From a virus (taxonomy: Duplodnaviria > Caudoviricetes): DNA of 64,000 nt. Of this stretch, positions 46,958 through 57,700 are shown piece after piece (position 1 is the stretch's first letter; each line of letters starts with the position of its first letter). Location of the stretch: positions 791 to 64,790 of the IMG/VR virus record IMGVR_UViG_3300009104_000020; one strand, given 5' to 3'. Position numbers and translations under genes: made by a program. A model generated the notes under the pieces. That model saw only the letters and a list, made by a program, of their open reading frames with translations. It was not told the DNA's origin and searched no databases.

Positions 46958-48751
46958 ATGGCTAACGGATACGACGGATTCAATGTGGCAATGGGCCTTA
47001 TGGCCGATACCTTTGACGAGGATGAGGCCAAGCGCAGAGAAGCGAGGGCAGAGAAGGCTGAAATACGCCGGGAGAATCGGGCTGACACGCGACTGATAGA
47101 AAAGGAAAACCGCCTCAACATGAGGACTGACGCTGTCATTCAAGAGCAGAGAAACTTTCTTCAGACAAACAATGAACGCTTGAAGCTTATAGAGTTGAAA
47201 GACGAAGCCGCTGCCCTGGGGCTACCTTTCGAGGGACTGTCAAGGCATGAGCTTATTCGGCAGAACGCGGTTGCTAAAACAAACATTGGGCCTTGGAGTT
47301 GGTTTATGACCAATAAGCAGTACATAGACCAGTTACCGATGGATGCGTCAGAAGCTGCCTACCAAGAGGTGCTAGGGATTCAGGGGCCACTTGACCTTGA
47401 AACACTAAAGGAACAGCCACCGGAAAAGCTTTTAGAATTACAGTCAAGACTCCAGACACCTGTTGAGTCCATAGCTAAAACTGAACGGGAAAACCGCATT
47501 AGAAAATTACCGTCCTATCAGAAAAACCTGAAAAGGCTAAACCAGTTACAAGCCATAGCAGGGAAATATGCTTACCAGTCCATTGGGCCTACCATGATGG
47601 GAGTAGCACAGGGCCTCAGGGGGCAAACGGCCAGTCATTTGGAAATAGCTGGAAGATTGATGAACAACCCGGAATTTACCAGCATGATGAATGCAGACGG
47701 GGAAGATCTGGGCAAAGTTCGGACACAGTTGTTCCTACAGAACCCGACAACTTTTTTTGCAAAGGCCTACGACGCAAGAGGCACGGGTACTGGCATGGGG
47801 TATTTAACGATGGAACAGGGCATAAAGCTGTCTGCCTTGTATGAATTCGCAAAGGAAGAGGTAAGGTCAGAGTTGTCGGAGGTAGCTCAGTCTGGCAAGC
47901 CCATGACTAAAGACAATACAGCCGCCCTTGAATGGCTTAACAAAGAACTAGAATTAACAATAAGCCAAAGGGACAAGGCCAGCCAAAGAGAAACATTTGC
48001 CAAGGTGTGGCCAGAAATGCTGAATGAAATAAGTACATTGATGGATCCAAAAACAGTTGCTGGACCTCTCCTGCGTCAAGATACTCACTCTTGGTTAAAC
48101 GAATTTATAATCAAGGGAGAAGAGCAAGAAAGCCAACGGCAGACCGGGCAGGGGCAGGGACTCGGGCAACAGAAAAGACCTGAACTCCCCGGACTTGGTC
48201 AGAGCCAACGCACTCCGGCCCCATTCCCCGGTGATCCTCGTTCTAGTGTTGCGCCTTTGCCTCCGCCGATTGCTCCTCCAGTAGTAACGGTAGAAGGGGG
48301 CGAGCCATCGCAGGACAGACAACGGTTAGCTGAACAATATTACAGGAGATCTCTTTTCGCACCAGAGGGAAGGGGTGACTACTTTGGTTACTGGGCTTCT
48401 CCGGGCAGCCTTCCCCCGGCCGAGCTGATTAAAAGAGGCGTGTCGAGCGCACAGGCGTTGAAAGCGGAAAAGCAAAGCGAACTTCGCAGCATAGGCGCAG
48501 CCCGCTCCGCAAGTGGCATAACAGTCAGCCCGAGGAAAAAGGTGTGGCAAACCACAGTTGAGGCAGGCGAAGTTGGCGGAAATTGGGGGTGGGAACCGTT
48601 TGGAAGGGACGAACTAGAAACTAATAAGGAAACGGCCATAAGATTATTTAAGGAAATAGATGATATAGACGCCGCGCTTGAGAGAATGAAGAAGCAGGCA
48701 GAGAATCAGACAGGCGCGAAAATCCCTGGCTTGGGCGCAGAACAGAGGTAA
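46958..48751 (+). CDS. Probable internal virion/ejection protein
   Basis: Helical, charged N-terminus; precedes the giant gene. Confidence 0.55.
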   Translation: MANGYDGFNVAMGLMADTFDEDEAKRREARAEKAEIRRENRADTRLIEKENRLNMRTDAVIQEQRNFLQTNNERLKLIELKDEAAALGLPFEGLSRHELIRQNAVAKTNIGPWSWFMTNKQYIDQLPMDASEAAYQEVLGIQGPLDLETLKEQPPEKLLELQSRLQTPVESIAKTERENRIRKLPSYQKNLKRLNQLQAIAGKYAYQSIGPTMMGVAQGLRGQTASHLEIAGRLMNNPEFTSMMNADGEDLGKVRTQLFLQNPTTFFAKAYDARGTGTGMGYLTMEQGIKLSALYEFAKEEVRSELSEVAQSGKPMTKDNTAALEWLNKELELTISQRDKASQRETFAKVWPEMLNEISTLMDPKTVAGPLLRQDTHSWLNEFIIKGEEQESQRQTGQGQGLGQQKRPELPGLGQSQRTPAPFPGDPRSSVAPLPPPIAPPVVTVEGGEPSQDRQRLAEQYYRRSLFAPEGRGDYFGYWASPGSLPPAELIKRGVSSAQALKAEKQSELRSIGAARSASGITVSPRKKVWQTTVEAGEVGGNWGWEPFGRDELETNKETAIRLFKEIDDIDAALERMKKQAENQTGAKIPGLGAEQR

Positions 48752-48769
48752 CACTAACAGAAAAGTTGC

Positions 48770-51700
48770 ATGGCAAACCAAATAGTAGATTTCTACCGCC
48801 AGCAGAACCCTACCTATACGGGAACTGATGACAGCATTACCCTGCTTTACGCAGAGGAGTACGCCAATGAACTTCCAAATCTGTTAAAGACCTACCCGGA
48901 TTTCGCACAAGACTACAAGAGGATCTATGACCACGCATTCCCTGTAACCGCCGGGGATAGGGCCAAGCAAGCTGCTGGATCACTAATCAAAGGGGTGACA
49001 GGAACAATCGCCTCAATCCCCGAGGCGGTAGGCATAGCGCGGGCTGAAACTTTTGGGCGGGGGCTGGGTGTGGGGACTACCGATTATCGGGAAACCTTAA
49101 TGGGCCAGTTAGCTGAAGGGATTCGCGGCGTGGGCGAATGGGCAGCACCAGAGGTTGCGGAAGCCAAGGCCGAGAACATGGCCGATGACTTTTGGACTAC
49201 GGTAGTTCCCGGTGCATTTGGTTCAGGCGTAGGATTCCTTACCACAGGTGGCTTAACGGGCATGGGGGTAAGGACGGCCGCTGGTGGGATGCTGGCGAAG
49301 GGAGGGGCTAGGGTTGCCACAAAGGAAAGCGATAGAATGGCCAAGGTGCTTTCCGGCGGATTGCACTCCCCGGCAGTCAAAAACATCTCCCAGAAAGCGG
49401 GCAAAGGAGCAAGCGACCGTTACTTAAAGAAGAAGGCTAGGCAAATAAACGCCGGTAGTATTGCTGCTCTAGGTTCAGCCGCAAACGCCACGGCAGGGTA
49501 TAAGGACGCCCTCGCTAACGGAGCAACACCTGAACAAGCTTTATCATCCTATCTACTTAACGGACTTGTCGGCACAAGCGAGGCAATGCCTTTGGCAAGA
49601 ATGCTTAACCGACTGGACAATGCGAGTGGTGGGACATTGATGTACTACCTCGCCAATGCAGCACCAGAAATACTGGAGGAATCCCTTCAGGAAGCAATGC
49701 AATCGGCTGCCGGGGACATCATTGCAGCCAACATCGTTAAGTATGACCCCGACAGGGTGATGTATGAGCATCTAGAACGCGATGCGGCTGCCGGAGGTGT
49801 GTCCGGTGGGCTTCTGTCCATCATCACATCTGCATTAAGCCGGAAAGCAAAGCTTTTAGAGGACAAGAAAGCTGGAAGGTTCGTGGAGGATGAAGGCTTT
49901 GTCCCCGGTGAGGGTGAAGAAACGGTTACGGACGCCAGGGGGCGGTACAAGGGTGGCAGAGAGGGTGACATAACCAAGCTTGCCATGATGGTGGCCCTTC
50001 AGCGGCAGGACGATCCAACCGGGCAAGATCAAGAGGCATGGGCGAAGCTTCGGCAGGCTCACGAAGAGGTAATAGGGAACGACCCTGATGCCCAGATGAT
50101 ATTTGAGGCTGAAATCTTTAATGCCGACTCAGACCTTGCCGCTGACCGTGCAGCCAACGTAATCAACACGGAGCTGGGAGAGATCGCTAACCCGGAGAAA
50201 CGGAAGAGCCGCGCCGTAGAGTCAACCATAAGCCTTGCACCGGCAGACATAATAGGGGCAGAGGAGGAGCTTGACCCAGAACTGGAAGAGAATTTCGCAA
50301 ACTACAAGGGCGAACTGCTAGAGGAACGCAACAGTCTTGTAGGCGAGTTGATGGAGGTAAACAACAATATCAACTTGGCCAAAGCCGGTATAGAAGATTC
50401 TGCTGTTGACCCGGATCAAAGGGCTGCCTACGAACAGATGCTTGTTGGCAGACGGGGGGAGCTAGCTGGAAGAATACAGGCCATCAACGCAGAGATCGAA
50501 GGCATAGACCAGCGACTGTCAAAGGTGGGTCGGGCCACGCCGGACATTGACCTTCTTGATGTCCCGCAAACATTCGACCCGGAAGCCAGAAGAGAAGAAG
50601 CAGAGCAGGCTTTAGATATTGAAACCCGGCTGGTCGCAAGACTGCGTGAAGAACTTGCAGAGCTTGAAGAGCTTGAGAAGGAAGAACTAGACACGGCAGA
50701 GAAACAAAAGTATTGGGATGACTTACACCAAGAACTAGCAGATGACCGCGCCGCGCTGGAGGAACTTCGCGACCAGATGGAAGCTCAACTGTTGGACAGG
50801 CTGGCCGCATTAGAGACGACAGACACCAGCGAGTTTTCCGAGGAGGACTTACAGGGCCACGCAGAACTAGTTCAGATTACTAGGGAACAACTGGAGGGAG
50901 GAGTAACTTCCGGGCAGGCCGCAGCAGCCGTCGGGTTAACCTCTGACCAGTTAAGCAGGCTGGTTCGATACACGGAAGGCAACACGGACTGGAACAAACA
51001 CCGGCCAACCCCGGCAAAACTAGTTCCAAGAAGATTAGGTGGGGCAAGGACAGTCGGGACTGCTCAAGACTTGACCTCCCTAGAGCGACGCAAGGCTAGG
51101 GTAGAGAGTGAAATTGCGGGGCTTAAAAAGAAACCGGCAACAAAAAAAGCTCCGGTCAAAACACAAACTAAAGCAGCTGTAGCAGCAACGGAGCAACACA
51201 GGAAAACGCGGGGGGTTGTCCGAATCCTTCCAACCATTGAAGGAAAGACTCAATTAGAAAGAGCCGAACAGGAGCTTGCCGGAATAAAGGCTGACATCGC
51301 TAGAATAAGGGAAGCTGAAACAGTTGTAAGAGGCCCGGATCAATTAACGGCAGGCGAACTGAACGCCGCAATCAAAGGCCAAAAGCTGCTCATCAAGAGG
51401 CTGGAGAATCGTGTGGCTGCCGGTGAAACGGTATTCAAGGGAACCGGACAATCCATCCTGTCAGAAATAGAGGCCCGCAGAAAGCTGGTCGAAGAACTGG
51501 AAGCTAAACACGCAACAAAGAAAAAAGCGCAACAGACAGCAGCAGAATTTGACACAGAGAAGAACGCCAAGAAATCACAAACCCTCGGAATAGAGCAAGC
51601 CCTTGACCAAGCCGAAGAGCAAAAAACAGCCGCAACCAAGAAGTTCGACAGACTGGTTGACTCTCTAAAGGGCCTGTCTCCAGAGGAAAGAACTAAACTA

Positions 51701-54700
51701 GATCAACAAAAAGCCAACATTAACGCTGTTAACAGGCTGGATAAAAAGATTAGTAATAACATAAAGAAGATAGACAGCCTTGAGAAAAGGATCAGCAAAG
51801 CTGTAAAACAAAGCACAAAAGATAATCTCCGAAAACAATCCAATGCATTAAAGTCTGAGAACACAAAGTTAAGCAATGATAAGCGGCTAATAATCGGTGT
51901 AGAAAGTGGCCTGACGAAGGAAGAGGCGCTAGACCCGGAAACGGATATTCAAGATACCAAGAAGGCGCAGAACGATGCCATTGTTGATGATTGGGTTGAT
52001 GCCAATAACGAAGTCACTAACACACAACGCGAGTTACGGGATGCCAGCAAGCGTGATCCGCTGGATGTCAGGAATGTTGAGATCATATCCCACTTCGGTT
52101 CTGACCGGGGGCTGGCCGAATACGGAAGGGGAGACACAAACAAGCAAGACAGGGAACTGAAGGCAGGGCCAGCTTACTATGAGGTAGGAACAAACGACAC
52201 AACCCAAGCAACCAAGTGGGGCAGGGAAGCGACAGAGACTTTAAATAAATATAAAAAAGCCACGAGCGAAGAGGAAAGAACAAGGCTGGCTCAACAACTC
52301 GCCTCCCAACTGGCAAGGGGCGCAAATGTCCGTGGAACATCTGGAGTGTCCCGCAGGGGAATTTCATTCATTGCCCCAGATGGAAAGATATGGGTGCTAG
52401 GGATAAGCCGCAGCGGGAAGGACAAAACCAGCTACAGCCTAGTGCCGCCAAAGACAGATCCAAATGACAATGTTGGTTACGAAGGCGTACTGTTTGAGGA
52501 CTTGCTGGCCCAAGGGTTTATTCCGTTTGCTGCGATTCGACTTCGGAACCCGGCTGTCAGGCTTAACTACAAGATAGAGTCTGCTGAAGAGTATGAGAAC
52601 ATAGTAGCCCCCATAAAGCGGGAGGTTGTCGATACGCCTGCATTCATGGAACAAGTGTCTCAGGGGCCGATTAGTAAAACGGTTTCCTTGAACGCAATCA
52701 TCGAGAAGGTTGAGCCGGTGTTTGATGCTGGGACTGTATCAAGGACGGGTATTCGCCTCGGTGAAACAGATGCAGCAAGAGCCGCGAGCCGAACCTCCCC
52801 CGTTGACGAACCAACAGAAATAGGAGAAGGGCCAGTTACCCCGGCAGAAGCTATCGTCGAGGCTGAAGAAATTGTAGAAGATATAGAAGTTAAAATCCTG
52901 ACGGAAGAAGGTGCTGGCAATGTTTTCGACATACTGAACAAGGTAGACGACACACCTGTAGAAGTTGTGGTGAACCCGGAAACGGGCCTTGTGGTGCAAA
53001 GCGAGGAAGATTCGATCAGTAGCGTCGAAGAGGCGATTGACGAGGTTATAGAATCGGACGAACAACTCGATAACCTTGTCGAAACACTAGGCAAGGCTTC
53101 CGCAACCAAGGGCATAAGGTTTGTAGAATTTTTAACAGATCACATACTAAAGATTTATGAAGAAAACGCAGGATCAAAAGAAGCGTTCGTTGAGGCGTTC
53201 CTCGGTAGCGACTCTGCTCAAATTATTGGCGAGCAAATACGAGCAGAAGCATTCAACGAAGAACTCAATCGCGACGACACAAACCAGCAGCTAGATAATC
53301 TGGTTGCCAAAAAGCAAAAGGAAGAGTCAGACCCGAACTCTAGAGAGGATACTGTTGCCGAAGAAGAACAGGAGGCTTGGGATGTTGTCTTCCCACCAGG
53401 GGAGCCTGTCATGTCTGTTCCTCTAGGGTTAGGCGGCCCGACGGGCAGTATTTCCGGTTACTCAACATTCGACAGGTTATGCGAAAACTGCTCCGGGAAG
53501 GTGATGCGCTTTTTCAAGGACATGGGGATACCTGTAACTTATGCTGTCATCACATCCAAAAGCCCTGTAGGAAAAGGGAATATAGCCCATTGGGTTGCAG
53601 TCGTAAATATTAACGGAAAGACTTATGTTGTAGATGATCCACAAACCAACTTGATAGAGGACGCGCCGGAAGCTGGTGAGGTTGAATCAACTAGAGAGAG
53701 GTACATTGGCGAGGCCCCTGAAATGGAGGGTCAAGGCAGAGTTATCAAGGACACTTTCGATCCTGTACTAATCCCTGTCACACCAGAAGCTCTGGAAGCT
53801 GCCTACGGACAGACTATAAAAGAGGAAGTTCTAATTAAATCGGGGGTATTGAAGGGTGATGTGTTTTCTGAAAGCTACAATCAGGTAGAGAGAAACATAG
53901 AAAAAATTACCAAGGCAGCGGCAGAGATTGGTGGGGCAACTGAAACACAACAAGAGGAAGCACCTGCTCCCAAACCGTTCGTCGCCAACGAAATCAACAA
54001 GGACGGCGAGACGGTACGGATGACCTCCGAGCAGTACCAAGACCCTGCCTTTAGAAAAGCTAACAAACTTGATCCGCTTGAATACTTTGTAGACGAGAAG
54101 ACCAAGAAGAAAATGCTGGTTAACCAACCCTCGTCAGGGCCGGACATCACCAGAGATCGCAATGCTCCAGACAGGCCTCACAGCGCATACCCAAGAGTTT
54201 CCCAGCATAAGCTAAACAAGATTTTCGCATACCTGATAGAACGACTACGCACCTTGGGTGTGCAGGTGGAGGTGACTGAAAGAGAGTTTGCCAACGCAGC
54301 GACTAAAGCCAAGGCAATGTTCGGGTTCGCCAATGGAAAGCCGATCATCGTGCTGGCCATGAACTCTCTGGAGAACGCAACCACACAGAATTTATACGAC
54401 CTGCTTCACGAGATTGGCCACGCTGCGACAGCGGATATGCCCAAAGAGGCTAGGCTGCGGGTGCTGGCTGCCATTGCCAAGCTCAACGATTCAGTCCTCA
54501 AGATACCGGGACGCAAGTACAGGATCCCATTGGACGAAGCTGGCGAACTTGATGCTGAGATCGAACAGGAGGAGAGGTTGGTTGAAGCTATTGCACAAGC
54601 GTTGATAAGCGAGAACTTTGACCCGACAACGGCTAACACTCTAGCTAGTAAGATTGTCAGGTTTTTCCGTAACCTTATGCTGGCCGTTAAACAGGCTTTC

Positions 54701-57700
54701 CATCGCATGATGGGTCACGACGGCGAGGTTGCGCTGAACTATTTCAAGGCACAGGTCGAGGCAATGCTTACAGGCAATGAGGCTCCGGCATATTTAAGCT
54801 GGGTTTCTGGGTATAAGTATTCTGTCAGCGAACGGATGGACTCAATGGAGCTTGAGGATTCTGATTCCGTAATTGATTCGATATATGACCTAGCCGGTTT
54901 CAGCAAGGAATACAAACTGGTGGTTGGAGATTCGCCAGAGGCAGTTGAGCATAACATCAGATGGGCCGGGATACGGTTCACCGTGGAGAGGGATGACCTT
55001 TCACCTGAAGATCTGGCTGCATCAAGGATGAGAGCGCAAAGGATTATAGCATCTGATAACGCTCTTAACGAAATACTGATCGGCCTGCACGACACATTCA
55101 GGCGCACAGGAGGCAGCCGGTTTTCCGGGATCAGCAGGGAGGAATTCGTAAACCTGCTTACCAACGGGAAACTTCCTAGTGACAGGATCAAGGCAGCCAT
55201 AGAGGCATCAAAGGACGAATCGCTTGCCAACACGCAGATGCAAGACCTTGAAGGTGAGGAGGCAAAACAATCTGCCGCTGTCATGCTTCACAGGCATCTG
55301 TCATCCATTGAAACCAGACTCAAGAATCTCAGCGACGAAGCTAATATTGAGCTATCAGAAAGCGTCCCCGGTTCCTCGGTAAACAAAAACAAGAAAGCAC
55401 ACGAAGACCTTATAAAGCTGACCACCAAGTATGAGGATCTTGGGGTTATGCAGGATCATATCTACAGGATTTCAAATGAACTGATAAACGGGATGGCAGA
55501 GAAAACTGATAAGACCATCCCCAGGGTTCTGAAGGAGCTTGGATTAAAGGCAACAGCAAAAGAGATTGAAACAGCTAGAAACAAAAGGCTGGGTGATAAA
55601 TTTATTGATGCCCTTGAATATCTCTCAACCGAGATTACCGAGTGGGGAAGGGGTACTGCCAAGTCAATACAGAAGAAGATAGCCCTACTTGGCAACCCTG
55701 TAACTGACATCCTCAATGACCCGGCCACCCTAGCGTTGGCCATATCCATTGGAAGAAACCAGAAAACAGCAATGGCTCTGCTCGCCTTACGCAGGGAAGA
55801 TATGCAAGGGATGAAGCAGGCGTTCAACAAAGCTCTTGCCGCATCCATCTCAGGGAACGTGAAGGCTGCACTTAATGGGTGGAACACAAAGGTAAACAGC
55901 AGTACGAGAACAGACGCTCCCTTTGAAAGGATAGCAACTAAACTGCGAAAGGTATTAGATAAAATAGCCAAGGCCCAAAAAGTATCCGAAGCCACTCGTG
56001 AGGACTTGGACGAGTATGAAAGGAGAAATGCTTTATACGAAAAACTGACTGACCCCATTGCAGAGTACAAGGAAGAGGTTGGTGCGATCTTCGGGAAAGA
56101 AAGCGTATTGCCTAATTGGTTAGCCACCAAGGATGGAAAGGGTGGGCAGCAATGGAAAGAGTGGGCAGCCATAGACGGGGCCGTGTATGTAGTGCCACCA
56201 AACCCAGCGGCCAGCCTGAACGAACTAAAGAATCCGAAGAATCATAGCAAGCTTGACCTGATGGACATAAAGAACATTGGGCAGATTGTTAGGGACATCG
56301 AGAAGATGAACGCTTGGCTGCTGGCCCAGCCTATAGAACGCAGAGGTGGCGAGTACAACATGATTAAGCGCATGGTGGACAGGATGACTGAGTTGCAGGC
56401 CATTCAATATCACCGTGAGTTAGGCAACAGCCTTGTCGTTCGCCTTATGGGAAGCTTAACTGACAGGCTGGAGACGGTGGGAACGCCTGCGGCATCCAAG
56501 ATTGCGGCACAACTTAAAAGGTTTGCTTATTACATAGCTTCATATGCTGGCCACGGAAGTAAGTCTGCAATCCGCAATGGCAAGTTGTGGAGTAACAAGC
56601 TTCAAAAGGCCAGAATCAAGATGAAGGACGCAGGCCTTAACTATGACCTGAAGACATTCAAGAGGGTTATGTATGGCCCTGCGATGCAATACTTTCACCA
56701 CAGAAGAGACATACTCAATGACGCGCCAAACCGCGAGACAGGCGAGGACAGGTTGATCGAGTCTTGGCTGAACAGTAAAATCTCGTCCGACCCCATAATG
56801 AAGCCAGCTATTGACGCAGCTAGAGGTGAGCTTCGGGCGTTCTATAAACAGACGGCAGTTAATTCCAGACAGATAGCTGATGTTGCCTCGAAAATGGGAG
56901 TGATGGTTTACGACGACGAGGGTGGTTATTTCAGGGAGAGAATTGGATCAAGCCTGACGACCACCATGAGGCACACAAACGACACAGCAAAGAATGTTTG
57001 GCGATTCATGTCACCTGTATGGGGTCATAACAAAAGGAAAGAAAGCGAACTCGCTGGGGTATCAGAACGCCCGGATGCAAACAATTTAACTGAAGAAGAG
57101 TTCAATGATTATGTGGCGAACAGATTTGGGGACTTGCGAGTTGTAGGCGAATTTGTTTTTCCCATTGTTCTCAGGCCCGGAAGCAGCGTGTTTTACGACA
57201 TAGACGGATCTGTCCTTCCCAGAAAGTGGGTGCTGGATTCCCTACAGGAAAACGTAGGCCCAAGTGGGAGCAACATGGTTGGGTTCCTTAACTCCCTTAC
57301 AGAAAGAGCAGGGATAGAGAAGGATGATGTCAGGAGGTTTCAAGCTGGCATCGTAAACAGGTTCCAGAGTTTCTTCGACAAGCTCGATTCCGTGGTCGAC
57401 CAGCAAAACAAAGAGAGCGGCTTCCTTGGAGGCAAGGCTGCTGTTCCTATTCATGTAATGATGGACGCCCGCAAGTTCAATGATTTCCCCCTTGAGTGGG
57501 TTGATTACGCAGACTTCACGGAGCGCAGGATGTATCAGTTTGTAAAGAACCTATCCGCTGAAGCCGCATTCGGCAGGGACATGGTGCAGGTACATAACGA
57601 CTTTGCCCTTGCCCGTAATGACATAGGTGCAGCTATGGCGTTGCACGAGGAAATAGAAGCCGAGATTGGGAAGATGGGTTTGCTCAGTAGGCTAGGGCCA

